Source: an uncultured Planctomycetota bacterium (lineage in GTDB: Bacteria > Planctomycetota > Planctomycetia > Gemmatales > Gemmataceae). From it: 64,000 nucleotides of DNA. A program made the translations under genes and the position numbers. Within the stretch, counting starts at the first letter, position 1; each line of letters begins with the position of its first letter. The stretch spans positions 192,001 to 256,000 of the forward strand of contig CAWKHF010000002.1 in the NCBI GenBank assembly GCA_963849325.1, in the 5' to 3' direction. The notes under the pieces were generated by a model. That model was not told where the DNA came from. It made no database searches and saw nothing but the letters and a program-made list of their open reading frames with translations. Positions 10,540 to 21,945 of the stretch are shown in pieces.

Positions 10540-11318
10540 AGTTTGTGCCGAATGGCCCACAGGTCCGCGAATACCGGATGAAATAGCGACCGTTTGAGGA
10601 AATCGACGCCCAGCGAGCCGCCGGTGCCGCGCTTGCTGCCGATGCTCCGCTCCACTAACTTGATGTGGCGATAACGCCATTCCTGAAAGCCCTCGTCGAA
10701 GTCCGTCATCAGCTCGAACAAAATCTCCATGTCCGGCTGCGTCTTGTACAGGCGCAGGACGCCCTCCGCGACGGTCTCGTCGGCCACCGACGGTAGGGTG
10801 ACGTCGCGTGCCCGCAACTCCGTCGGGATGGTGACGCCGTGGCGCTGGAGGAAAGTGTAGAAGCAATCGACCAGCGACGGCTCGTGCAGGCGGCGGAGCA
10901 GGCGCTCGTAGGCCGGCGTATTCGGCTGCTGGTAGCGCAGCATGTCCGCGCGCTTGTAGCCGAGTACAAACTCGAATTCGCGGAACTGGCTCGATTGAAA
11001 GCCGGACGCGGTGTCCAGGCGCGCGCGGAAACTGTTGAACGACATCGGCGTCAGCGTTTCCAGAATGTCGATCTGCTCGACCATCACTTTCAGGATGGTG
11101 CGGACGCGCTTGAAAGTGGCGATGGCGCCGTACAGGTGATCGTCGAGGAAATCGCGCTTGATCTTGTCCAGCTCGTGCAGTTGCAGCTTGAACCACAGCT
11201 CATACGCCTGGTGGCTGATGATGAACAGCATCTCGTCGTGCTCGGCCGGTTGGGAGCGCGGCTCCTGCAAGGCCAGCAGCTCATCGAGCTTCAGGTAAGT
11301 GGCGTAGGTCAGGTCCAT
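10536..11318 (-). CDS. kynA: Tryptophan 2,3-dioxygenase
   Basis: TYATYLKLDELL, HDEMLFIISHQAYELWFK, ASGFQS, WRYRH, GTGGSLG. Confidence 0.95.
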   Translation of the reverse strand: MDLTYATYLKLDELLALQEPRSQPAEHDEMLFIISHQAYELWFKLQLHELDKIKRDFLDDHLYGAIATFKRVRTILKVMVEQIDILETLTPMSFNSFRARLDTASGFQSSQFREFEFVLGYKRADMLRYQQPNTPAYERLLRRLHEPSLVDCFYTFLQRHGVTIPTELRARDVTLPSVADETVAEGVLRLYKTQPDMEILFELMTDFDEGFQEWRYRHIKLVERSIGSKRGTGGSLGVDFLKRSLFHPVFADLWAIRHKL

Positions 11319-11330
11319 AGCGAGGCTCCC

Positions 11331-12667
11331 TCAGCGCAGCAGGAGGACGCCCAGGAGGACGAGGGCGGCGAGCACGGCGGCGACGATGCCGCGCACCACC
11401 CAATCCTGACGGCGAGCGCGGCGCAGGGCGTCGGCGTAGGGGGTGCGCGTGAACTCAATCAGGACGTACAGCGGGACGTAGCCGCGCGGCAACAGACGGT
11501 GCAGCAGCAGGCCGAATTTCTTGCGGAGCACGAACAGCCGCGAGCCGACCCGATCGCGCATCTCCACAAAATTCTCGATGCACAGATCGGCCAGCACATC
11601 AAGGTGTTCTTTGCGCACGACTCGTAGGCGGCGAAGGCGGCGGCGCGGTCGGTGTGGCGATCCAGGCAGTCGGCGAGGACGGTGCAGTCCTCGAAGGCGG
11701 CGTTCATGCCCTGGCCGAGGAACGGCACCACGGCATGGCAGGCGTCGCCGAGCAGGACGACGCGGCCGTCCCAGTGCCAGGGCTGACAACGAATGGTCAC
11801 CAACGCGCCGGTCGGGTTGTCCAGGAAGTCGCGGCCCAGTGTCGGGATGAGCGGCACCACGTCGGGAAACTGCACGCGGAAATGCGCTTCAACGGCGTCC
11901 GCGCTGCGCAGGGCGGCGAAGCTGTTAGGCCCCTCGAACGGCCAGAACAGGGTGCCGGTGAAGGAGCCGTCCTGGTTGGGCAGGGCGATCATCATGAAGC
12001 TGCCGCGCGGCCAGATGTGCAGCGCGTGCGGGTCCAACCGGAACGAGCCGTCCGGGCCAGCCGGGATGGTCAACTCCTTGTAGCCGTGGCCGAGGTAGTC
12101 TTGCCGGTAGTTGAAACGCTCCTGCTTCTGCAACGAACCGCGCACGGCTGAATAGGCCCCGTCGGTGCCGACGATGAGGTCCGCCTGGACCCGGACGGCG
12201 GCCGGCGTGGCCGGATCGACAAACTCCAGCGTACCGGTGTCCAGGTCCACTCCGGTACACTTGTGGCCGAAGAAGAGACGGACGGACGGTTGACGGGCGG
12301 CGGCCTCGACGAGCAATCGGTTCAAGCCGGCCCGCGAGACGGAGTGCAGGACCTCGGAGTCGTCCTTGCCGTAGGGCTGAAACGTTTGTTCTCCGCTCGG
12401 TGCATGAATCATCCGACCGCGCATGAGGATGGCGGACTTGAGCACGTCCTCGGCCAGCCCGATCTGTCGCAGGGCGTGGATGCCGCGCACCGAGAGAGCA
12501 AGGTTGATGGAGCGGCCGGGTTCCTGCCCCTGTTGGCGCGGGTCGGGTCGCTTCTCGTACACCTCGACGCGATGGCCGGCGCGGGCCAGCGAGCAGGCCA
12601 GCAGCGCGCCGGCGAGGCCCGCGCCGACGATGGTGACGGTCGGCTTGTTCGACGGTGACTCGACCAT
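11331..12667 (-). CDS. kmo: Kynurenine 3-monooxygenase (frameshift ~11620)
   Basis: GAGLAG FAD motif, GRSINLALSVRG, ALHIWPRG, GDACHAVVPFLGQGMN. C-terminus ENFVEMRD in second frame. Confidence 0.92.
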
Positions 12668-12916
12668 GCGGAAGCCTCGTCCCAACAGCGAGGCGAGAGC
12701 GGACAACCCTTACATCCGCCTGCGCAGATGGTAACACGAATTTCCCTTGCTGTCGCCGCCCCATCTCGTCGGCCGGCCCGTGCGGTTCTCGCCTTCGTCT
12801 TGACCGCCGGTCCCGATCCCTGCTATAACCAATCATCCGTAGGGGACCAGGGCGCTGGGGGTCCGCGCATCTCCAATCCCAGGGGCCAGTTCCGGCGGAA
12901 GTGAAGGAGAGGATTG

Positions 12917-13681
12917 ATGTTCGGCAAACACGGCGGACTTTGGGGTTTGGGGCTGCTCGCCGCGCTGCTCGTCTTCGCGCTGGTGCAGCGGACGCCGGCC
13001 GCCAATCCCAACGAACGTACCGTCAAGCCGGGAGCCAACGTCCAGGACGCCGACGACATCACCTCGCCGACCAGCAAGGTCTGGGTGCTCGATTTCAAGT
13101 TCAAGGATCCGCGTCTCATCAAGGTGGACGTGCCCGGACGCGGTCAAAAAGTGTGCTGGTATCTGTTCTACCAGGTCATCAACAAGACGCCGCAGCCGCG
13201 CACGCTCATCCCCGACTTCGAGCTGGTGACGCACGACCGCAACACGGTCCACCACGACCAGATCCTGCCCAAGGTGCAGGAGGCCATCCGCCAGATCGAG
13301 GATCCGTCCAACTACCTCAAGATCAAGAACTCCGTGACCATCCAGGCCGAGCCGATCCCGCCGTCGCGCAAGGAGGCCGAGCCGCGGGCCGTCACCGGCG
13401 TGGCCATCTGGGATGATGTCGATCCGGAGTCGAATTACTACAGTATCTTCGTGTCGGGTCTGTCCAACGGCTGGGCGGTGACCGACGACCCGGAGAAGCC
13501 CGGCGTCAAGTCCATCGTGCGGCGCAAGACGCTGCAACTGAACTTCCGCCGCCTGGGCGACCGTTATCTGCAAAGGTCGGAGGAGATCCATTTTGTGCCG
13601 CCGGCACAGTGGCTCTATCGAGGCTCCTCGTTGACCGTGCCGGGTTTGCCGTCCGCCCCGGTGGAAGGAAAAAAAGAGTAG
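12917..13681 (+). CDS. Conserved-looking exported hypothetical protein
   Basis: RBS aggagagg, N-terminal signal/TM segment, coding-like composition. Confidence 0.7.
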   Translation: MFGKHGGLWGLGLLAALLVFALVQRTPAANPNERTVKPGANVQDADDITSPTSKVWVLDFKFKDPRLIKVDVPGRGQKVCWYLFYQVINKTPQPRTLIPDFELVTHDRNTVHHDQILPKVQEAIRQIEDPSNYLKIKNSVTIQAEPIPPSRKEAEPRAVTGVAIWDDVDPESNYYSIFVSGLSNGWAVTDDPEKPGVKSIVRRKTLQLNFRRLGDRYLQRSEEIHFVPPAQWLYRGSSLTVPGLPSAPVEGKKE

Positions 13682-13700
13682 GCCGTTTGAGGGAGACAAC

Positions 13701-13958
13701 ATGGCTCACAAGAAAGGTCAAGGCTCCGTCCGCAACGGGCGCGAATCGCACAGCCAGCGGCTGGGCATCAAGGTTTACGGCGGCGGCTCGGTGACGGCCG
13801 GCAGTATCCTCGTTCGTCAGCGCGGCACGCGCTTCCACCCCGGCCGTAATGTCGGCCGCGGCAGGGACGATACCCTGTTCGCCCTGACCGATGGCGTCGT
13901 TCACTTTGATCGCCAGGGCCGCCGCGTCAACATTCTGTCGGCCCCGCCCCAACAATAA
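13701..13958 (+). CDS. rpmA: 50S ribosomal protein L27
   Basis: [16 protein letters not shown]...ILVRQRGT...GRDDTLFAL. Confidence 0.98.
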   Translation: MAHKKGQGSVRNGRESHSQRLGIKVYGGGSVTAGSILVRQRGTRFHPGRNVGRGRDDTLFALTDGVVHFDRQGRRVNILSAPPQQ

Positions 13959-13989
13959 GCGCAAACGGAAAGAGCCCTTCCCGGCTCGG

Positions 13990-14056
13990 AGCGTAACAGC
14001 TTTTTGCATCGCGCGGCGCAAGTCGTGAACAACGCCATGCAAAAAGCTGTTACGCT
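13990..14056. terminator. 20-bp perfect inverted repeat between convergent genes
   Basis: agcgtaacagctttttgcat ... atgcaaaaagctgttacgct. Confidence 0.65.
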
Positions 14057-14069
14057 GCGCACCCTCCTC

Positions 14070-16832
14070 CTACTTCTTCTTCTTGAAATCGCCGGCGCGG
14101 ATGATGACCAGCTTCTGGGCGTCGATGTGATTGCGGAAGGCGCTGTTGACCTCCTCGACGGTCAGGGCATCGACTCTTTTCTCCAGTTCGCCGTAGTAGG
14201 CGATGCCGCGACCGACGTGCAGCTCGCTCTGGAGGATGCCGGCTAAACTGGAGTCGCTGGCACGATGCTGCTTGAGGGAGGCGAGAAACGCCTTCTTGCC
14301 CTCGCGCAGCTCCGACTCCGTGACGCCCTCCTTGCACATCTTCTCTAGTTCCTCCAGCACCACTTTATCGAGCTTGTCGATGTTGCTGGGGTTGCAAATG
14401 GCGGCCATCAGAAAGCGCGCCGACTTATCCTGAGCATCGGCGCCGTACTGCGACTGGACCCCGTAGGACAGTCCCTCCTTCTGGCGGACGCGGTTGGCCA
14501 GGCGCGAGGAGAGAGCGCCGCCGCCGAAGAGGAAGTTGGCCACTTCCAGGCCGGCGTTGTCCGGGTCGGTGTCCCGCAGCGGGAACATCAGGGCGGCGAC
14601 GTAAAAGGCGTTCTCCTTGTCGGGCGTGTCGATGACCACGCGCTCGGGCTTGACGTTCTCCGGCGCCGGCCGTTCGATGCGCCGGTAGGCGACGCCCGGC
14701 TTCCAGTCCTTCAGGGCGTCGTCCATCTGCTTGAGCACCGGGGCCGGATCGAAGTCGCCGACGACGACCAGCTCGCCATTCTGGCCGCCGAGCTGATCGG
14801 CATACAGCTTCCGTACTTCCTCGACGGTCACGGCGTCCAGCCGCGCCAGCGATTCGTCGATGGTCGGCACATAACGGACGTCCTCGGGAGGATAAGGAGC
14901 GAGTTTGCGCTGCATGGCGCGGATGGCCCGCTGGATCGGCTCGGGCCGCGAGCGTTCGAGTTGAGTGCGAAGCTGTCGTTTGAGGACGCTGAACTCGTTC
15001 TCGGGGAACGTCGGCTCGCGCAGGATTTCGGCCAGCAGGGCCAGCACTTCGGGCAGCGCCTTGCGCTTGCACTCGATGGAGAAGGAGGCGGTACCCAGAA
15101 GTCCGCCGGGCGAGAGCCGAGCTTGAAGGCGGTCCAGCTCGTCGGTCAACTGCTGGCGGTTGTGTTTCTTGGTGCCGCGCGCCATCAGCGTGGCGAGGAA
15201 CTGCGTGGCGCTGGTGTGGCCCTTCATCGACTCGGCGTTGCCGTAGTGCAGCACCAGCTGGAGCGTGACGACCTCGCCGCGCGTCTTGCGCGGCAGCAGG
15301 GCGGCCTTGACGCCGCCGGACAGTTGCGAGGTTTGCACGCGCTTCTCGATGTTGGCCACGGTCGGATCGAACGATTCGCCCTGAACGATGGTCTCGCGGC
15401 CCTTGTAGTCCTCGACCAGCCTGGTGACGTCGGGCGTGGCGGGGATGGCGGCGCGCTCAGGCTTCTTCGTGGGGAGGTAAACGCCGACCGTGCGGTTAGT
15501 CGCCGTCAAATACTCGTGCGCGACACGGCTGACGTCGGCGGGCGTCACCTTGGCCACGCGGTCGCGTTGCAGGAACATCAATCGCCAATCGCCGCGCGAG
15601 GCCCATTCGCTGAGCCTGACACCGATGAGGTTGCTCTTGGTCATCGCCAGCTCCCAGTTCTTCTTCAGCTGAAGCCGAGCCCGATTGACCTCGTCCTCGC
15701 CAATCGTGCCTTCGCGCACCTCGTCGATCGCCTTGAGCAGAGCGTCGCGGGCCGACTCCGGCGTGCTCTTGTCATCGACCGAGGCCAGGATGAGGAAGAT
15801 GCCGGGATCGTGCAGTCTTTCCGCGGCCGACTGGACGCTGGTAGCCTTCTTGCCCTTCTCGACCAGCGCCTGGTACAGCCGGCCGGACGGCTGCGCCGTG
15901 AGCACTTGCGACAGTACGTCCAGGGCGGCGAAGTCCTCGTGCGCGGCGGCCGGGATGTGGTAGACGGCACCGACGACGCCGACGGCGCCGACGCGGCGCA
16001 GCACCACCGTGCGCTCGCCGTCCTGCGGCGGCTCCTCCGTGTACGTGTCCTCCAACCGGCGCTCCGGCTTCTTGAGGGCGCCGAAATACTTGGCGATCAG
16101 GGACAGGGCTTTGTCTTCCTTGAAGTTGCCGGCCACGATGACCATGACATTGTCCGGCTGGTAATACTTGCGATAGAAGGCTTGCAGCTTCTCGATCGGC
16201 ACGCGCTCGATGTCGCTGCGATTGCCGATGGTGTTCTTGCCGTAGTTGTGCCACTCGAAAGCGACGCCCAGCATGCGCTGCATGAGGATGGACTGCGGAT
16301 TGTTCTCGCCCATCTCGAACTCGTTGCGCACCACGGTCATCTCGGAGGCGAGATCCTCGCGGCGGACGAAGCTGTGGACGAGACGGTCGGACTCCAGGCG
16401 GATGGCGAACTCCAGATTGTCGTCGGTGGCGTTGAGCGTCTCGTAGTAATTGGTGCGGTCGTCCGAGGTGGTGCCGTTGTACTCGGCGCCGCGATCGCGC
16501 AGGGCCTTGGTCACGTCGGTCGCCTGGGGATACAGGCGTGTGCCTTTGAACAGCATGTGCTCCAGCAGGTGGGCCATGCCGGTCTCACCGTAGCCCTCAT
16601 GGCGGGAGCCGACGAAGACGGTGCAATTGACCGTGACCTTGGAAGTGGAGGCATCGGGGAAAAGCAGGATACGGACGCCGTTGTCGAGACGGTATTCGGT
16701 GATGCCTTCGACGGTAGTGATCTTCTTGGGAGCCGCAGGCGCCTCGGCACGGCCCGGCGAAGGGCCAAAGACGAGGGCGATGAGGGCGGCGAGGGCGAGG
16801 CAAGACCGCGGGGTCGATCCGGATCGCGTCAT
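14070..16832 (-). CDS. M16 family zinc peptidase (pitrilysin/PqqL-like), exported
   Basis: GMAHLLEHMLFKG (HxxEH), YRLDNG, VRQKEGLSYG, signal peptide. Confidence 0.93.
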   Translation of the reverse strand: MTRSGSTPRSCLALAALIALVFGPSPGRAEAPAAPKKITTVEGITEYRLDNGVRILLFPDASTSKVTVNCTVFVGSRHEGYGETGMAHLLEHMLFKGTRLYPQATDVTKALRDRGAEYNGTTSDDRTNYYETLNATDDNLEFAIRLESDRLVHSFVRREDLASEMTVVRNEFEMGENNPQSILMQRMLGVAFEWHNYGKNTIGNRSDIERVPIEKLQAFYRKYYQPDNVMVIVAGNFKEDKALSLIAKYFGALKKPERRLEDTYTEEPPQDGERTVVLRRVGAVGVVGAVYHIPAAAHEDFAALDVLSQVLTAQPSGRLYQALVEKGKKATSVQSAAERLHDPGIFLILASVDDKSTPESARDALLKAIDEVREGTIGEDEVNRARLQLKKNWELAMTKSNLIGVRLSEWASRGDWRLMFLQRDRVAKVTPADVSRVAHEYLTATNRTVGVYLPTKKPERAAIPATPDVTRLVEDYKGRETIVQGESFDPTVANIEKRVQTSQLSGGVKAALLPRKTRGEVVTLQLVLHYGNAESMKGHTSATQFLATLMARGTKKHNRQQLTDELDRLQARLSPGGLLGTASFSIECKRKALPEVLALLAEILREPTFPENEFSVLKRQLRTQLERSRPEPIQRAIRAMQRKLAPYPPEDVRYVPTIDESLARLDAVTVEEVRKLYADQLGGQNGELVVVGDFDPAPVLKQMDDALKDWKPGVAYRRIERPAPENVKPERVVIDTPDKENAFYVAALMFPLRDTDPDNAGLEVANFLFGGGALSSRLANRVRQKEGLSYGVQSQYGADAQDKSARFLMAAICNPSNIDKLDKVVLEELEKMCKEGVTESELREGKKAFLASLKQHRASDSSLAGILQSELHVGRGIAYYGELEKRVDALTVEEVNSAFRNHIDAQKLVIIRAGDFKKKK

Positions 16833-17031
16833 GTCGGGGCCTCCTGTTGGCCGATAGGGTAGAGTAGGTATGTTGGCGCTTCCTGGCCGTGGTCTCCATA
16901 CCGTCCGCCGGTCGAACCCGGATGGAGTTGACGGGGGAGGACGGGACATGGTATGCCGCCGCATTGCCAGGCGACTCCGCCCGGCCCGGCCGCGTACCGC
17001 GACGTCCTCCGGAACCAGAGGGAGTTGTTCT

Positions 17032-17617
17032 ATGGTACTTCTACGCAAGTCGCAAGCGTTTGGTTGCGTCCGCACGCTGATCGCGTCCGGCTTGCTAACG
17101 TGCCTGACGGTTAGCGGCTGCGAGACGGCGGCGGGTACAGGGGCGACGGCCGGCGGTCTGCTCGGCGCCGGCATCGGTGCCCTGGCGGGCCACTGCCCCG
17201 GTGCGGCGCTGGCCGGCGGCGCCTCGGCGCCGGTGCCGGCCTGCTCGGCGGGGCGGCCGTGGACGTGACCCGCGAGAAGCGGGCCCAGCGTGCCGCCGAC
17301 CGCGCCGTGGCCGCCAACGTGGCCATGCGCGCGCCAGCCTGGAAGACATCGTGCGCATGACGCAAGCCGCCTTGCCCCCCAGCCAGATCATCGACCAAAT
17401 TCGGACCAGCGGTGTCGTGTACCCGCTGACGCCGGACCAGCTCGTCTGGCTGAACCAGCAGGGCGTCAACGCCTCCGTCATCCAGGAGATGCAGGCAACC
17501 GCCTACCGCGGCGGCCGTGTCTACACTTCCGCTCCGGTGGTGATCCAGCGCCCCGTCTATGTCGCCGAGCCGGTCGTGATGCCGGCTGTCGGCGTCGGGA
17601 TTGGCGTCGGCCGATGA
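17032..17617 (+). CDS. Glycine-zipper lipoprotein (frameshifts ~17222, ~17335)
   Basis: Lipobox-like VSGC followed by GATAGGLLGAGIGALAG. C-terminus LEDIVRMTQA...IIDQIRTSG. Confidence 0.7.
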
Positions 17618-17662
17618 GGTTTGTAATGTCCACCAATCCAGGCTGCTTCGACTAGCTATAGC

Positions 17663-17716
17663 TAGCCCGGAGCGCCAGCGACAGGTTATGCAACCTCGTC
17701 GCTGGCGCTCCGGGCT
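17663..17716. repeat. REP-like palindrome (family B)
   Basis: agcccggagcgccagcgac ... gtcgctggcgctccgggct. Confidence 0.8.
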
Positions 17717-17832
17717 TGTGGGGCATCTTGTTCGTGGCTCTTCCCAGGTTGGCACGTCCTTTCCGGCGGACGATGGGGATGTTAGGATAGCAGGATGTTC
17801 GTCCCCAACCAACCACGCGGGAAAACCCACCT

Positions 17833-20800
17833 ATGCTCCGTCATTCGACCCAGTCTCTTCTCCTGGCCGCCTGGACTTTTGCCGCCGTCGTCTTGCACGT
17901 TTCTCCGCTCCGCACGGCGGACGAGCAGAACATCTTCACGCAGAAGCCCGAGGTCGCCCCAGCCCGCGTGCGCGGCAAAGCGCCGGCGCCGATGCCGAAG
18001 GAACTTGCTCCGCCGTCCGACTTGTTCAAGAAAGGCCCCACTCCTCTGTGGATCTGGGGGGCGGACAGCAATGGTCGCTACGTCCTGCGTAAGGAGTTCC
18101 CCGGTGGCTCGACGGCGGCGCGTCTCAAGGCTACCTGTGACAACCGCATGAAAATCGCCATCAACGGCCAGGAGGTTGCCCACGGAGATAACTGGCAGAC
18201 GCCCGTCGAGGCCGACGTGCAGAAATACCTCAAGCCGGGCAAGAACGTCTTGACCGCCGACGTCACCAACGACGGCGGGGTCGCCGGCTTCCTTCTCAAA
18301 CTCGTACTGACCATGCCCGACAAGGAGACGCGCTACGTCGTCTCGGATGAGACGTGGCAGGCGAAGGAGGCCAAGAGGAACGCCAAGGCGGTCTCGGCCC
18401 GCAAGATCGCCAAGCTCGGCGACGCTCCCTGGAGGGACGTTTTCGACGCCCCCACCAGTTCGGCCACGCCTTCCGGCGTCTTCAACGTGCTGCCGGGCTT
18501 TCAGGTGGAGCGACTCTTTACCGTGCCGCGCGACAAGCTCGGCTCGTGGGTGAGCATCACCTTCGACAACAAGGGCCGTCTGATCGCCAGCGATGAGGCC
18601 CGCAAGGGTCTCTGTCGCATCACGCCGCCGCCGCTCGGGCAGCTCCGAGCCGGTCAAGGTCGAACACCTCGACGTGAAAATCACGGCGGCTCAGGGACTG
18701 CTCTATGCGTTCGACAGCCTGTACGTGTCCGTCAACGGCGGGCCGGGCAGTGGGCTGTACCGGCTCCGCGATACCAAGGGCAACGACCAGTTCGACGAAG
18801 TGGTGAAGCTGCGGCCGCTGGCCGGCGGCGGCGAGCACGGGCCGCACGCCGTGCGCCTGTCGCCGGACGGTAAATCGCTCTTCTTCGTCTGCGGCAACCA
18901 CACCGACCTCCCGCCGAAGATCGATGGCAGCCGCGTTCCCCGCAATTGGGGCGAGGACTTGCTGCTGCCGCGCCAGTGGGACGCCAACGGCCACGCGCGC
19001 GGCCGCATGGCCCCCGGCGGCTGGATCGCCAAGACCGACCCCGATGGCAAGACGATTGAGATATTCAGCGTCGGTTATCGCAACGCCTACCGCTTCGCCT
19101 TCAACGCCGACGGCGAGCTGTTCGCCTACGATTCCGACATGGAATGGGACATGGGCATGCCGTGGTATCGGCCGACGCGGGCCATGCACGCCGTCAGCGG
19201 CAGCGAGTTCGGCTGGCGCAGCGGCACCGGCAAATGGCCGGCCTACTACGTCGATAGTCTGCCGGCGATGGTCAACATCGGTCCCGGCTCGCCGGTCGGC
19301 ATGAGCTTCGGCTACGGCACGAAGTTCCCGGCCAAGTACCAGAAAGCCCTGTACCTGCTCGACTGGACGTTCGGCACCATCTACGCGCTGCACCTGGAGC
19401 CGGACGGCAGCACGTACAAGGCGGTCAAGGAGGAGTTCCTGTCACGCACGCCGCTGCCGTTGACGGACGTGGCCGTGGGACCGGACGGGGCGCTGTACTT
19501 CACGGTCGGCGGACGCGGCACCCAGTCCGAGCTGTACCGCGTCACCTATGTCGGCAAGGAATCGACGGCGCCGGCCGACCTCCACGATTCGCGCGGCGCC
19601 GAGCGCGGTCCCTGCGGCACCAGCTGGAGAAATATCACACTCCGGCCGACGATCCGGCGAAGGCCGTCGAGTTCGCCTACCCACACCTGGGACACGGCGA
19701 CCGCTTCATCCGTTACGCCGCCCGCGTGGCCCTGGAGCATCAGAAGCCGGTGCTGTGGCAGGATCGCGTGCTCGCCGAGCAAGACGCCGAGACGCTCATC
19801 ACCGGGTCCGTGGCCGTGGCACGGCAGGGTTTTCCGTCATCGCAATCGCAGCTCCTGGGGGCACTGGACCGCCTCGACTTCGCCCGACTCACCGAGTCCC
19901 AGCAACGGGAACTGCTGCGCGTGTATCAACTGGTCTTCATCCGCATGGGCGAACCCGACAGGACGACGGCGGCCCGCGTGGCCAAGAAGTTCGACGCCTT
20001 CTATCCCGCCCCATCCGAAGCGCTCAACCGCGAGCTGTCCACGCTGCTCGTCTATCTGAAGTCGCCGACGGTCATCGCCAAGACCATTGCCGAGATGCAG
20101 CAAGGAGTCGAAGAAGACCAACGCGGAGCGGATGGACGAGTTGCTGGCCCGCAACCAGGGTTACGGCAGTACCATCGCCAAGGTGGCAACCAACGGGGCG
20201 GACCTGCAGAAGCTCCACTATCTGTTCGTGCTGCGGAACCTGCGCGACGGCTGGACGATGCAGCAGCGGAAGTTCTACTTCCAGTGGCTCAGCGACGCCC
20301 GCAAGTACAGCGGCGGAGCCAGCTACCAGGGCTTCCTCAACAACATCGAGAAGGAAGCGTTCGAGAACGCCAGCGAATCGGAGCGGCTGGCCATCGAGGC
20401 GGCCGGCCTGCGCAAGCCATTCCAGATGAAGGAACTGCCCAAGCCCAAGGGTCCGGGCCACGACTGGAAGCTCGACGCCCTCGTCTCGTTCGCCGAATCT
20501 CGGCTCAAGAGCCGCGATTTCAAGAACGGCCAGAAGATGTACGCCGCCGCTCGCTGTGTGATCTGCCATCGCTTCAACGGCGAGGGCGGCGCCACCGGGC
20601 CGGACCTGAGCCAGGTCGCCGGCCGTTTCAACTTGAAGGATCTTTGCGAGTCCATCGTCGAGCCGAGCAAGGTTGTCTCGGACCAGTACCGCGCTTCCGT
20701 CGTAACCACCAGCAGCGGCAAGGTATACACGGGACGCATCATCAACGAGACCAAGGAGGCGCTGACGATCCTGCTCGACCCGGAGGATTCGACGAAGATC

Positions 20801-20959
20801 GTGGAGGTAAAGAAGAGCAACGTGGACGAGGTCAAGCCGTCGCCGGTTTCGGTGATGCCGGATGGTCTGCTCAAGACGCTCAACGAGAACGAGGTGCTCG
20901 ACCTGCTCGCCTACCTGCTCTCGCGCGGCGACCCGAAACATCCGATGTTCCGCAAGTAG
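17833..20959 (+). CDS. PVC-type dehydrogenase-like protein: jelly-roll + beta-propeller + helical region + C-terminal heme c domain (frameshifts ~18640, ~19605, ~20100)
   Basis: GGGEHGPH, GYRNAY, YDSDMEWDMG, GPGSPVG. C-terminal CVICH...GPDL...IVEPS...S.MPDGL. Confidence 0.82.
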
Positions 20960-21010
20960 TCCGGCCGCCCGCGGCGCATGCGATCGGCATGCGCCGCGGG
21001 CGGAGCGCGG

Positions 21011-21839
21011 TCACTCAAAGAGTGAGCGCTGCTCGGGCGGCCGATCCGCGAACGGCTCGACAACGCGGGCTTGAGGTAATCGTTCTCCGATCAAATCGCG
21101 CAGCTGCCGGGCGTTGGCGATGGCCTGCCCACCAAAACAATTGTTGAACAGAAACAACACCTCCTCGGTTCGGTCCTGTGCAGCGCGCAAAGATTCCACC
21201 CACTCAGCCAATTCCGGATCTGCGTAAGTGTAATCGTAGCGCTCCTTGTCGGAGGCGTACCAGTTGGCCGCCTTGCGCGAGTGCAGCCGCACATAGGCGC
21301 GGCGGCTAGACTGCACCCATCCGCGCGGGAACAGGGCCGGCAAATCGGGCACGTCAACGGCTACCAGATCGAGATGGTTCGTCGCCATCCAGTCCGCGAG
21401 ATCCGCGCGCCCAGGAGCGATGGCGGAACTCGACGGCCAGGCGAAAATCAGCCAGTTCTCCGCTCAACGTCTCCAACCAGGCCAGGGCTTTCTGTCCGAA
21501 GCGAGTGGACTGAGGCAACTGGCAGAGCAGCCCCTTGAGCTGGTTGCGGCGCTGTAGCTCGATGACGGCCTGTCGAAAGCCGGGCAAGTCGTCTGTCTTC
21601 TGCTCGTGACTGAGGGAACGCGGCAGCTTCACGAGGAACGAGAAACCGTCGGGCACATGGTCGGCCAGTCGCGCCAGCATGTCCGCCGTGGGGGGGCGAT
21701 AGAAGGTGAAATTCAACTCCACCAGCGGAAAGCAGCGACTGTAGTAGGCCAGCATTTTGCCGGATCGGGTGCCGGGAGGGTAGAAGGACCCGACCCAATC
21801 CCGATAAGAATATCCCGAGGTGCCGATCCACACGTCCAT
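21011..21839 (-). CDS. DUF72 (YecE-like) protein (frameshift ~21405)
   Basis: IGTSGYSY.DW, VELNFTFY, LCQLP, AVEFRHRSW, YVRLH, FNNC. Confidence 0.9.
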
Positions 21840-21847
21840 AAAGAGTT

Positions 21848-21945
21848 AACCACGGATGAACACAGATCAACACGGATAAGACCGAAACAATAGTTGAATT
21901 ATCGTTTGGTCTTCCATCTGTGTCCATCTGTGTTTATCTGTGGTT
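21848..21945. repeat. Palindromic 9-nt-unit element (family C, copy 2)
   Basis: aaccacggatgaacacagatcaacacggat ... atctgtgtccatctgtgtttatctgtggtt. Confidence 0.88.
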
